This document shows positions 20,663 through 30,132 of a stretch of DNA of 37,980 nt, piece by piece. Under the pieces are notes generated by a model, which worked only from the letters and a program-made list of their open reading frames with translations, was not told the origin of the DNA and ran no database searches. Within the stretch, counting starts at the first letter, position 1. Every line of letters begins with the position of its first letter. The position numbers were made by a program, and so were the translations under genes. The stretch is from an uncultured delta proteobacterium (GTDB lineage: Bacteria > Desulfobacterota > Binatia > Bin18). The DNA is taken from positions 1 through 37,980 of the forward strand of contig CAVTCR010000068.1 of the NCBI GenBank assembly GCA_963733195.1. The letters are read 5' to 3'.

Positions 20663-21611
20663 TCACCCCCGAATCGGCTCAAGACCAGAGAGTAGCTCCT
20701 GCCGTCGATCTTCAAACCACGGCGGCAACTGAATGCCCTTGCCAAAATCCGCCACCGGCTCGTCCACAGTAAATGATTCGTCAGTTGATCTGGCGGCCTC
20801 GAAGAGTGCTCCACCTGGCGTGCGCACGTATACCGAGAGAAAGTATTTGCGATCCTTCACTTCAGAAATATCGGTGTAGCCAAGGCCTTCGACGTAGTCA
20901 CGTAGCGCAAGCTGCTCTTCACTCGTGTCAACACGAAACGCACAGTGATGTACCGCGCCTTCCCCGAATATCCAACTGCCTTGGGGTACGTTCGGCTCCT
21001 CGGCATACTCAATGATCGTCCCTGGACCACCTTTTCCCATCTCGTAGCGAACATAGGCGCCATGTTGGGCTGTTTTGTGACCATTCCACGCGGCTTCGGT
21101 AAATCGCTCAGGCTCCGCGAGTTCTCGTACAGACACAGTAATCCCATGCACTCCACGAATCGCCACAGCTTCCGGCGTTTCATCAGTTGCCCACGGCTTA
21201 CGCGTGTCAGTGTCACAGCCGATCAAGTCATACTCAATGCCACAAGGATGAGCAAAATGAATACGTGGTTCACCAAAGCGCTCTTCGCGATGATGCGGAT
21301 ACTCGAACTTGGCCAGTCGTTTGTCCCAGAAATCCAAGGATGCTGTGGGCACCGACAGCCCGAGGCTCTTCACCTGGCCTGAACCACGCCGCGCCTTGAG
21401 ACCAGACTGCCTGAAACGGGAAACTGGTAATCAGCGTACTCGGATCACCGGTCTCGTTGCCGTAATACAAATGATAAATGGGCGCTTTGCCATCGAAGAG
21501 CACGGTCTTTTTCACACAGCGCAGTCCCAGCAATCGTGTATGAAAATCGTAGTCCTCTTGCGCGCCGCCAACTCCAAGTGTGATGTGGTGATGTCCGTGC
21601 AGCACCTTCAT
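20663..21611 (-). CDS. Ring-cleaving dioxygenase (MhqA/LinE/PcpA-like VOC family); one frameshift at ~21415
   Basis: GHHHITL..DFHTRLLGLRCVKKTVLFD..YHLYYG, GAVHHCAF, VKDRKYFLSVYVRTPGGALFE, LPPWFE. Confidence 0.9.
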
Positions 21612-21708
21612 AACGATCCCTCCTCGTTAGCCAAGTCCTGTGAGACGGTCATACATCCACATCGGTCGAAAGTCCATTACTACTGCCTCTTTTAGGGCGG
21701 CGCATTGT

Positions 21709-21737
21709 TTGACTTGCCGGGCGAGATTTCCTAATGT
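21709..21737 (+). promoter_or_regulatory. Putative sigma70 promoter for the acyl-CoA dehydrogenase
   Basis: TTGACT-17 bp-TAATGT. Confidence 0.4.
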
Positions 21738-21825
21738 ACCCACGCCTAATAGTCGTGCGTCTAGCGTCTATGAGTCTGGAGTCAGAAGGACATCACGACA
21801 ATACCTAGAGTAAAGGAGTAGATCA

Positions 21826-23034
21826 ATGGATTTTGATTTCTCACCAAAAGTGAAAGACCTACAAAAGCGTGTGCAGCAGTTCATGGACGAACATGTATAT
21901 CCCAATGAAGACACGTATCACCACCAGGTTGATACCCAGGGGGATCGCTGGCAAATCCCGCCAATTATGGAAGAGATGAAAGCGAAGGCAAAGAAGGCCG
22001 GTTTGTGGAACCTCTTCCTCCCGGAAAGCCGGCTCGGAGCAGGGCTAACGAATCTCGAATACGCCCCGCTGTGCGAGATCATGGGTCGTGTGCACTGGGC
22101 ACCTGAGGTGTTTAACTGTTCCGCTCCCGACACAGGCAATATGGAAGTACTCGAACGTTATGGCACCGAGGAGCATAAGAAACAGTGGTTAGAGCCTTTA
22201 CTCGACGGCAAAATCCGCTCGTGCTTTGCCATGACCGAGCCCGCAGTCGCATCCTCTGACGCAACGAATATCGAATCAAGCATCAAACGTGAAGGTGACT
22301 TTTATGTTATCAATGGTCGCAAATGGTGGTCATCTGGGATGGGCGATCCGCGCTGCAAGATCATCATCTTCATGGGCAAAACCGACCCCAACAATCCAGA
22401 CCGTTACAAGCAGCAGTCGCAAATTCTGATCCCACGCGACACACCTGGCATCAAAATCGTCCGTATGCTCCACGTGTTCGGCTATGACGATGCGCCGCAT
22501 GGACATGCTGAAGTCGAGTTCAAAGATGTGCGTGTTCCAGCCTCCAACATCATTCTCGGTGAAGGGCGCGGTTTTGAAATCGCCCAAGGCCGCCTCGGCC
22601 CAGGCCGGATTCACCACTGTATGCGTTTAATCGGTCAAGCCGAACGCGCACTGGAAAAGATGTGCAAGCGCGCGATATCTCGCGTGGCCTTCGGTAAACC
22701 GGTTTCCGAACAAACAGTAACACAAGAACGTATTGCTGAATCACGTATCTTGATCGACCAATCCCGACTACTGGTCTTCAAAGCTGCACATATGATGGAT
22801 ACCGCAGGTAATAAAGTCGCACGTAAAGAAATCGCTATGATCAAAGTGGCCGCGCCGAATATGGCACTGCAAGTGATTGACTGGGCTATGCAAGTGCATG
22901 GCGGTGGCGGTGTCAGCCAAGACTTCGGACTCGCCAGTGCCTATGCGCAAGCACGGACGCTGCGTTTCGCCGACGGACCCGACGAAGTGCATCGCAACCA
23001 AATTGCCCGATTGGAGTTGAAGAAGTACAAGTAA
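21826..23034 (+). CDS. Acyl-CoA dehydrogenase (ACAD10/11-like bacterial family)
   Basis: [54 protein letters not shown]; AAGGAG RBS. Confidence 0.96.
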   Translation: MDFDFSPKVKDLQKRVQQFMDEHVYPNEDTYHHQVDTQGDRWQIPPIMEEMKAKAKKAGLWNLFLPESRLGAGLTNLEYAPLCEIMGRVHWAPEVFNCSAPDTGNMEVLERYGTEEHKKQWLEPLLDGKIRSCFAMTEPAVASSDATNIESSIKREGDFYVINGRKWWSSGMGDPRCKIIIFMGKTDPNNPDRYKQQSQILIPRDTPGIKIVRMLHVFGYDDAPHGHAEVEFKDVRVPASNIILGEGRGFEIAQGRLGPGRIHHCMRLIGQAERALEKMCKRAISRVAFGKPVSEQTVTQERIAESRILIDQSRLLVFKAAHMMDTAGNKVARKEIAMIKVAAPNMALQVIDWAMQVHGGGGVSQDFGLASAYAQARTLRFADGPDEVHRNQIARLELKKYK

Positions 23035-23081
23035 ACAACGTACAGGATAGCCGTCACTTTCTGCAGCAATCCTTCGGCATT

Positions 23082-23137
23082 GTCATTCTGAGCGCAGCGA
23101 AGAATCTCTCTGAGACCCTTCACTTCGTTCAGGGTGA
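23082..23137. repeat. REP doublet (GTCATTCTGAGC..GAAGAATCT type)
   Basis: GTCATTCTGAGCGCAGCGAAGAATCT plus the degenerate inverted arm AGACCCTTCACTTCGTTCAGGGTGA. Confidence 0.75.
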
Positions 23138-23309
23138 GAGCTTAGTGAGTCAGGAAAGTGTCCTACCATTAGCAGCCTCTCTGAGGCGAACCTACAAATC
23201 CACCAAAGCAAATGAAGCCCACGAGGGCTCTGAAGGCCGCGAATCGTTCTCCGGTGCTGCATGTCACCATCTCCTCTTCCATGCTAAGCTTCAGCTGTGA
23301 GGTAAGCGT

Positions 23310-23860
23310 ATGCCATTGGTCACACAAACAGCGATCGAAGCCTTGTCCCACGTTCCAGAGAATGGCAAAGCAGAAATCATCAACGGAGAACTGGTGCTCA
23401 TGGCTCCTACTGGATTCTTGCCGGGTCATGCAGCTGGGGAAATCTACGTCAGTCTGCGCGACTATGCGCGCCGCACTCGTTCTGGCTATGCGATTCCAGA
23501 CAAACCGGCTTTCTCGTGAATTTACCCAACCGACAATCTTTTAGCCCAGATGCCGCCTTTTATACTGGCACCCCTACTGGAATGAAGTTTCTCACTGGTG
23601 CGCCAATATTTGCTGTCGAAGTGCGGAGCGAAAACGATTACGGTCCACAAGCTGAACAGGAAATGGCAGAAAAGCGTCGAGACTACTTCGCCGCAGGGAC
23701 ACTGGTAGTATGGGATGTCGATTTGCTCAGTGATGATGTTGTCAGAGTGTACCGTACTACTGATCCGACGAATCCCACCATCTACCGTCGGGGTGAGATA
23801 GCAGAGGCCGAACCAGCAGTTCCGGGATGGCGCATGCCCGTTGATGAGTTGTTTGTGTAA
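23310..23860 (+). CDS. Uma2 family (PD-(D/E)xK) endonuclease; one frameshift at ~23510
   Basis: KAEIINGELVLMAPTG, SFSPDAAF, FAVEVRSEND, KRRDYFAAGTLVVWDVD, AVPGW. Confidence 0.9.
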
Positions 23861-23924
23861 ATTCTGCCACTGGAAGTGGCGAGGCGAAGTTCACTGATGA
23901 GGCAGTGTAGAACCCGACCCCATA

Positions 23925-23933
23925 TGATATAGT
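23925..23933 (+). promoter_or_regulatory. Extended -10 element; probable leaderless transcript
   Basis: TG-a-TATAGT, 6 nt before ATG 23940; no SD sequence. Confidence 0.5.
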
Positions 23934-23939
23934 TCCGTC

Positions 23940-24221
23940 ATGAGCACCGTACCGATGATCAATGAGGCTGAAATTCTTGCTCGGGTTATTGCCCCTGAAG
24001 CCCCAACGCTTCCTGCTGATACTGCCAAGATGCTACTCACTTTTGATTTCGGCAAAGAAGATCAGGAGCGGATGAATCAGCTCGCTGAAAAAGCGCGTGA
24101 AGGCACCCTCACCGCAGCAGAGCAAGCTGAGATTGATTGTTATGAGCGTGTTGGGCATTTTCTATCGCTTCTGCGTGCTAAGGCACGTATCTCTTTGAAG
24201 CAAGCAGACTCCCACGTGTAG
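23940..24221 (+). CDS. Small helical protein, putative antitoxin partner of the HNH gene
   Basis: 93 aa, DQERMNQLAEKAREGTLTAAEQAEID.Y; sits 7 bp upstream of the HNH gene. Confidence 0.7.
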   Translation: MSTVPMINEAEILARVIAPEAPTLPADTAKMLLTFDFGKEDQERMNQLAEKAREGTLTAAEQAEIDCYERVGHFLSLLRAKARISLKQADSHV

Positions 24222-24228
24222 TAGACGG

Positions 24229-24642
24229 ATGGATCAAGCGCTGATCACACAGGTGTGGCAGCGAGCACGGGAAACGTGCGAATACTGTAGAATGCCACAA
24301 TCGTATGATTTGCTGACATTTCAGATCGATCATATTATCGCACGAAAACACCACGGGACAGATGAATTTGAGAACCTCGCCCTCGCCTGTTTTGCGTGTA
24401 ACAATCACAAAGGACCAAACATTGCTGGGAGAGACCAGGAAACAGGCGAAGTCGTACGGCTGTTTCATCCTCGGCAGGACAACTGGGGAGAGCATTTCGA
24501 ATGGCAAGGTGCAGCCCTTCTCGGGCGTACAGCGGTAGGTCGCGTCACTATTGATGTTCTTGCTGTCAACTTGCCTCACCGGCTTCGGTTACGACAAATG
24601 CTGATTCTTGAGGGAGAGTTCCCGCCTCCTGCTCGTGAATGA
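24229..24642 (+). CDS. HNH endonuclease
   Basis: RARETCEYC, QIDHIIARKHHG, NLALACFACNNHKG, LFHPRQDNW.EHF. Confidence 0.93.
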   Translation: MDQALITQVWQRARETCEYCRMPQSYDLLTFQIDHIIARKHHGTDEFENLALACFACNNHKGPNIAGRDQETGEVVRLFHPRQDNWGEHFEWQGAALLGRTAVGRVTIDVLAVNLPHRLRLRQMLILEGEFPPPARE

Positions 24643-24656
24643 ACGAATAGTGTTGT

Positions 24657-24739
24657 TATATGATCGTCGAGGCAATGTTGCTAAAGCCGAACCGGCAGTT
24701 CCGGGATGGCGCATGCCCGTTGATGAGTTGTTTGTCTAG
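24657..24739 (+). pseudogene. Duplicated 3' end of a Uma2 gene
   Basis: 24686-24735 matches 23807-23856 at 49 of 50 nt; encodes RRGNVAKAEPAVPGWRMPVDELFV*. Confidence 0.85.
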
Positions 24740-24771
24740 AAGCTATCCAAAACCTCCTCGAGTACGAAAAT

Positions 24772-24865
24772 CTGGATTCCTGCTTTCGTGAGAATGACGT
24801 CCCATGCGGCCTCACGGTCATGCCCGTGCAGCCTGTCCCAGGTTCTACCGGGAGCGGGCATCCAG
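24772..24865. repeat. Inverted REP pair (CTGGATTCC..GAATGAC / GTCAT..ATCCAG); the second arm carries one 22-bp nested hairpin
   Basis: CTGGATTCCTGCTTTCGTGAGAATGAC and GTCATGCCCGTGCAG[CCTGTCCCAGGTTCTACCGGGA]GCGGGCATCCAG. Confidence 0.85.
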
Positions 24866-24948
24866 GAGTAGGGTTTTGGGATAAGTTGTAGGTCCTTCCG
24901 TTGCCAGCACTTGTAGTTATCGGCTGGGTCTTGACCCAACCGATAAGG

Positions 24949-26226
24949 TTACCGCCCCGGGAACCGCTCTCGCAGCCACTGGACAATCACTTTCATTGAC
25001 TCAGCCCGCCCTCCCGAGTTCGGCTTTGATGGTAGTGGATAGCCGAAGTGGTCAGCATCGACCTGCACGAACTTTTTGTCAGATGCTGGTGATTGCTGAT
25101 AAATCGATTCCGAATCTTCAGGATAGATCGCATGGTCACCAGTGTAGTTCACTACTAGTGTAGGAACCGTAATCTTCGGGATACAGTCCAATACTGCGGC
25201 TCGCGAAGACAGTCCTGACCACGTACTGAGCCACGCACGCGGCGTCTGATATTTACCAAAGCCAGCTTCATGATAGTTGAAGAGATCGGGGCGTGGTGAC
25301 CACAACGATCCGTAATCACGCGAAGAGGGAGACAACGACTGGTCAGTATAGGTTAAATTTGCTTCCGTCCGATGGATCTCCATGTAACGGCCCACTAACG
25401 CACGGCGGCCAATAAATGCGCGTCGTTCAACTGGTAATTTGTCGAACTCCGGCTGACGAGCCAGTTCTTGGAAATATTTCTGCTCTTCAACGAACCGTCG
25501 CGCAATCGCATCGATGCGCGCAACACGTGCGGTTTGTGCAGCGCGATAGCGTTGAATAAACTCCTGACTGTATTTGCTCGATTCCGGCGGTTCGCGGAAA
25601 CCGTTCGCCGGATTGTACATGTCGAGGCTTGGATCACAGGACAACGGATCATCCTCGTCAGTCACTGATGGATCAACTGTCTTCTGCAGAAACTTTCCTT
25701 CTCCCAAGTGTGCAGCCAAAATGACAATGCCATCCCCCGGGGGTAATTGAAAACGGTTGAGATCATACGGATCGCCGGCTGGTGTATGAGTCAAACGTCC
25801 CGGTGGGTTCGTGACTGCTTGTGATTGATAGAACGAGTACAGCGACCCACCACCACTGTTGCCAATGAAGACGACTTTCTCAAACCCGCGCTCTTTGAGC
25901 ATCTTGAGGCCAGCGGCAATATCGGGCATCAGCATTTCATGGATGCAGGCGATATCGTTACTCGGCCAGCGCCCTTCCTGACCGAACGCGGCATAGCCAG
26001 CCTCAAGCAGATAGGGAATGGCGTAGTGGCGCGTCATATCCGCTCGTGGGTGCATCAAACAGACGACCGTTTTCTCGCCTCCCTTGGTGTAGAGCACCCC
26101 TTTCGACTCGCCACGATCTTCGGCCATGAGCGGAACCATTTCATACGATACACCTGAAGGCAGTTTGTCGAACCCGATCAGACTTGTTCCCATTGCCGAA
26201 TAGCGCGGGATACGTGGTAAAGCCAT
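24949..26226 (-). CDS. Alpha/beta hydrolase
   Basis: Nucleophile elbow FIGNSGGG, PTLVVNYTGD, DADH; AGGAGG RBS. Confidence 0.85.
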   Translation of the reverse strand: MALPRIPRYSAMGTSLIGFDKLPSGVSYEMVPLMAEDRGESKGVLYTKGGEKTVVCLMHPRADMTRHYAIPYLLEAGYAAFGQEGRWPSNDIACIHEMLMPDIAAGLKMLKERGFEKVVFIGNSGGGSLYSFYQSQAVTNPPGRLTHTPAGDPYDLNRFQLPPGDGIVILAAHLGEGKFLQKTVDPSVTDEDDPLSCDPSLDMYNPANGFREPPESSKYSQEFIQRYRAAQTARVARIDAIARRFVEEQKYFQELARQPEFDKLPVERRAFIGRRALVGRYMEIHRTEANLTYTDQSLSPSSRDYGSLWSPRPDLFNYHEAGFGKYQTPRAWLSTWSGLSSRAAVLDCIPKITVPTLVVNYTGDHAIYPEDSESIYQQSPASDKKFVQVDADHFGYPLPSKPNSGGRAESMKVIVQWLRERFPGR

Positions 26227-26248
26227 TGTTCCCCTCCTTACTTAAGGA

Positions 26249-26334
26249 AATGATGAACGCAAAATGCAGAATGATGAATTAAAGAAAGGGCCTTCGTTTT
26301 CCATTCATCGTTCATCATTTATCGTTCATCGTTC
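26249..26334. repeat. Inverted arrays of degenerate heptamers
   Basis: AATGATG AACGCAA AATGCAG AATGATG ... CATCGTT CATCATT TATCGTT CATCGTT. Confidence 0.75.
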
Positions 26335-26340
26335 TGATTC

Positions 26341-27363
26341 TCACTGCACCAAATCATACGCAGCCGCTGTCGAGACGCCTAGCAGTCTGAGCAAGCGATC
26401 TTTGATCTTGACGGCCGCTTTTTCTACTCCAACTCCCTTGGTCGCTACGGTAATGCGACCACCGGCAATCATATCGTGTCCGCCAGCAGAGGTACTGCCC
26501 AATACTTTCTGTAAGATCTCTCCAGCATTGACATCGCGGGCAGTGGTACGCAGCGAAACATACAAACTGTTACTGTAAAATCCAATCGCCATCGCCCACT
26601 CTGCTTCGTCCAAACGAAGCAGAAAGTCGGCCACTTCCGCAACCATGTCGGGATACTGGACCTCGTGCAGCACCGAAATCACGACTTTGTCATACAAGAC
26701 CGCCCCTTCAATGGCATCACGAAAAACTTTGAAGTACTCGCGCGGCACTCGGGCATTTTCAATCTTCGACAAGCGACGTTTGTTGGTGTACGGGTACAGG
26801 AATTGGCAGGCTGCCACATCTTTCGGTGTTGCCTCACGTCCCAAGTCTTGAGTTTCAGCGTTGATGCCGTAGAAGAGTGCGGTAGCAATTTTGCTTTCGA
26901 CATCAACGTGCGTTTCTTCGAGATACTCGGTCAGAATCGTTGACGTAGCTCCGTACTCATCACGAAGGTCAAGGAACGGCACTCCCTCATAGATCCCGTA
27001 GGCAGGATGATGATCTATCACGATGGTAGGTAATACCTGCTCAGGGAGCGAGTTATTTCTCCGGCCAGGTTGCGTATCAACCAAGGCAATCTGCATTTCG
27101 CCGGCAAAGTTGATCTCGCCGATCGGTACCAGATCGATATTCAGATACCGTAACATGGCACGATTTTCCGCCCGTCCGACAATGCCGCCCAGGACAATGA
27201 CGATTTCCTTCTCTTCCTGCGCTTGATTGACGAGAAATCGCAAAGCCGCGGCGCTTGCCAAGGCATCTGGATCAGGATTATCGTGAGGAAGAATCACCAA
27301 CGGACCGGGTTCTTCTGCGATCCGCAACAAACGGTGCAACGCACTCTTTGGTGGAACAAGCAT
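26341..27363 (-). CDS. DHH family phosphoesterase (NrnA-like)
   Basis: HDNPDPDALAS, LVDTQP, VIDHH, GATSTIL, SAGGHDMIAGG. Confidence 0.92.
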   Translation of the reverse strand: MLVPPKSALHRLLRIAEEPGPLVILPHDNPDPDALASAAALRFLVNQAQEEKEIVIVLGGIVGRAENRAMLRYLNIDLVPIGEINFAGEMQIALVDTQPGRRNNSLPEQVLPTIVIDHHPAYGIYEGVPFLDLRDEYGATSTILTEYLEETHVDVESKIATALFYGINAETQDLGREATPKDVAACQFLYPYTNKRRLSKIENARVPREYFKVFRDAIEGAVLYDKVVISVLHEVQYPDMVAEVADFLLRLDEAEWAMAIGFYSNSLYVSLRTTARDVNAGEILQKVLGSTSAGGHDMIAGGRITVATKGVGVEKAAVKIKDRLLRLLGVSTAAAYDLVQ

Positions 27364-27502
27364 ATATGTGTAGTGTCAAAATTCGCCAGAAAACCAACTT
27401 CCCTTATTTATCATTCGTATGCACTTGCGAGGAAAGGGCTTTCCCCTCAGTATGGAAGGAGTGTACCACGATCGCAACAAACTAGAAATATGAGGTAGAA
27501 GC

Positions 27503-28336
27503 ATGGCCGCAGAGGTACGTGAACGGTTTGCACGAATTGTCAACAGCCCCGAAGAGCAACTCGACCTTGCTGAGGCGGCGCTGCTCATCGCTAAAGAAGA
27601 GCAGCCGAACCTCGATATTGAAGCCTATCTGCGCCGGCTCGATGAATTAGCCGCAGCCGTTCGCAGCCGTTTGCCAGATTCACCAACTGTGGATGACATT
27701 ATTCTGAATCTCAACATCCAACTGTATCGAGAAGAAGGTTTGCGCGGGAACACGAGCGCGTACTACGACCCGGTGAATAGTTTCCTCAACGAAGTGCTCG
27801 ATCGGAAAACTGGTCTTCCTATCACACTGTCGGTGATCTATATCGAAGTTGCCCGTCGACTCGGACTTTCACTTGTCGGGGTCGGTTTCCCCGGCCACTT
27901 TCTGGTCAAGCATGTCGGACCAGACGGGGAAAAAGTGCTTGATCCATTTCTTGGTGGGATCGAACTGGACAAGCAACAGCTCACCCACAAGTTACAAACG
28001 ATGTACGGCGAGAATAACCCGTACATAGCGATGATTCCGCAGTTGCTTGGCGCAGCAAGCAAGAAGGAAATCCTGATCCGTATGCTGCGCAACCTGAAGG
28101 GGGTCTATTTACAGAAGAATGACTTTCAGCGTGGATTGAGTGTGATTGATCGGATTTTACTGATCGCACCAGACATGGCCATGGAAATACGCGACCGAGG
28201 TGGCGTGCATCATCGCTTGGGACATCTGCAAGCCGCGTTACAGGACTTTCAGCGCTACCTGCAACTCGCTCCCAACGCCGAGGATGCCGAGGCCGTACGG
28301 ACGATGATCCGACGGATGACAGCGCAGCTTAACTAG
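27503..28336 (+). CDS. SirB1/YchA family (transglutaminase-like + TPR) protein
   Basis: YYDPVNSFLNEVLDRKTGLPITLSVIY, GVGFPGHFL, RMLRNLK, EIRDRG. Confidence 0.92.
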   Translation: MAAEVRERFARIVNSPEEQLDLAEAALLIAKEEQPNLDIEAYLRRLDELAAAVRSRLPDSPTVDDIILNLNIQLYREEGLRGNTSAYYDPVNSFLNEVLDRKTGLPITLSVIYIEVARRLGLSLVGVGFPGHFLVKHVGPDGEKVLDPFLGGIELDKQQLTHKLQTMYGENNPYIAMIPQLLGAASKKEILIRMLRNLKGVYLQKNDFQRGLSVIDRILLIAPDMAMEIRDRGGVHHRLGHLQAALQDFQRYLQLAPNAEDAEAVRTMIRRMTAQLN

Positions 28337-28339
28337 GAA

Positions 28340-28526
28340 GTAACGAGGACTGAGTAACGAGTGATGAGAAAGGCTATAGGCTAAAGCCTGTAGGCTTGAG
28401 GGTTGCAAAAAGAAAACTGATGGGGTCAGGATGGGAAAGCCAAAATCCGACTCTCCGAGTTTCCCTTACCTGTAGCCTACAGTCTTTAGCCTTTTTCTAC
28501 TGAATGCTGACTACTGGCTACTTGCC
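28340..28526. repeat. Compound intergenic heptamer arrays with an inverted repeat
   Basis: GTAACGA GGACTGA GTAACGA GTGATGA; AGGCTAT AGGCTAA AGCCTGT AGGCTTG ... AGCCTACAGTCTTTAGCCT; CTACTGA ATGCTGA CTACTGG CTACTTG. Confidence 0.7.
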
Positions 28527-28528
28527 TT

Positions 28529-28972
28529 ATGCCCAATATCATCCGCGTCTCAGTCGGTATTATCACTCGAGGTGCGCAGTTGCTCATCTGCCAACGCCGC
28601 GCGACCGATCTACATCCGTCACAGTGGGAGTTTCCTGGCGGGAAAGCGCAAGACACAGAAGATAGTGCCACCTGCCTGCAACGCGAACTACGAGAAGAGC
28701 TGCAGATCGAGGCCACAATCGGTGAGGTGCTGGAGCAGACTACTCACAGCTATCCGAATGGACGCACGGTTGCACTCACCTTTTTGCATGTGCCAACATA
28801 TTCAGGGGATATGGTGAACACACAGTTTCAAGAACTTGCATGGGCTAGGCCGGAAGAATTGCTCTCGTACGATTTCCTGGAAGGTGACCGGAATTTTGTT
28901 GATGACTTGGTTCGCGGATGTTGGCCGTTCCTTTTTGCTGACCCCCAACCCCTACCCCCCAGCCCCCGTTAA
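28529..28972 (+). CDS. NUDIX (d)NTP pyrophosphohydrolase, MutT/NudG-like
   Basis: WEFPGGK..CLQRELREEL Nudix box; YDFLEGD. Confidence 0.92.
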   Translation: MPNIIRVSVGIITRGAQLLICQRRATDLHPSQWEFPGGKAQDTEDSATCLQRELREELQIEATIGEVLEQTTHSYPNGRTVALTFLHVPTYSGDMVNTQFQELAWARPEELLSYDFLEGDRNFVDDLVRGCWPFLFADPQPLPPSPR

Positions 28973-28974
28973 CC

Positions 28975-30132
28975 ATGACTCGCCAACAACTCTTCGCTGC
29001 CTTTTTCTTTGCCGTCTTTCTTTTTTTGCTCTCGCAGCTCTATGCGCTCTTCGTTGTTTTTCTCAAACCACTCATGTGGACGGTGATCCTGGTTCTCACT
29101 TTCTACCCGATTTTCGATGTTTTTCTGAAGTGGCTCGGCGGCCGCCGTTCAGCCGCAGCTCTCGGGATGACTTTATTCATTATGCTCCTCGTCATCGTGC
29201 CGCTGTCGTTTCTTTCTAGTCTGTTGACCTCGCAGATGATCGATTTTTATCGAGATATGCGAACCGCAGCCGAATCTGGCCAGTTACAAAATCTTCTTTC
29301 CAGTTGGCGAGACACCGCCTTAGGCGAACTCTGGGAGAAATGGTCCCCTCGCATTGCCAGATTTGATATCGACATTCCTTCCATCTTGCTGACCGCCGCC
29401 AATAATATCAGCCAATACATCGTCGCCCACGTTCCTGATGTCGCCAAGAACCTCCTGGTCCTGTTGCTGAATGCTGTAATCGTTAGTTTTAGTTTATTTT
29501 TTCTCTTCCGTGATGGCGAAGAGTTTTTCCACGCATTTCGTGACCTGATCCCAATGGAACCTCGTCACAAAGAGGCGATTTTCCACCAATTCTATGAGAC
29601 CGTCTCTGCTGTCGTACAAGGGATGGTTGTAACAGCCGCGGTCCAAGGAGTCTTAGCGTGGATTGGTTTCAACGCTGTGGGCTTGCCGTACAGTTTTTTC
29701 CTTGGCTGTGCATCCGCAGTTGCTTCTCTTCAACCGCTCGGTGGTGCAGCTGTTGTATGGCTGCCAGCCGCAATCTATCTCGGGTTGAGCGGTTCTTGGC
29801 CGTGGGCTATTGGGCTTATTGTGTACGGTGTCGTCATCATCAGCAGCGTAGACAACATCATTAAACCGCTTGTTATCGGAGAACGTACCAAACTGCCAAC
29901 GTTGTTCTTGTTCTTTGGCATTCTGGGTGGCTTGCAGGCCTACGGCTTTCTTGGTGTTTTTCTCGGGCCAGTAGTGCTCGCCACCATCATGGCCTTTGTC
30001 AAAATTTACCGCGAGACGTATGCCTACGCACCACAAGGAACGGTAGTAAATCCGCTACCTCAGCTAGAGGATTCTGCGGTCCAACCAGCGCTCGGCAGTG
30101 AAGAAACGCAACCGCGGAACGTTACACCTTAA
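28975..30132 (+). CDS. AI-2E family transporter
   Basis: Multi-TM protein; FFLFRDG, VDNIIKPLVIG, GGLQAYGFLGVFLGP. Confidence 0.93.
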   Translation: MTRQQLFAAFFFAVFLFLLSQLYALFVVFLKPLMWTVILVLTFYPIFDVFLKWLGGRRSAAALGMTLFIMLLVIVPLSFLSSLLTSQMIDFYRDMRTAAESGQLQNLLSSWRDTALGELWEKWSPRIARFDIDIPSILLTAANNISQYIVAHVPDVAKNLLVLLLNAVIVSFSLFFLFRDGEEFFHAFRDLIPMEPRHKEAIFHQFYETVSAVVQGMVVTAAVQGVLAWIGFNAVGLPYSFFLGCASAVASLQPLGGAAVVWLPAAIYLGLSGSWPWAIGLIVYGVVIISSVDNIIKPLVIGERTKLPTLFLFFGILGGLQAYGFLGVFLGPVVLATIMAFVKIYRETYAYAPQGTVVNPLPQLEDSAVQPALGSEETQPRNVTP

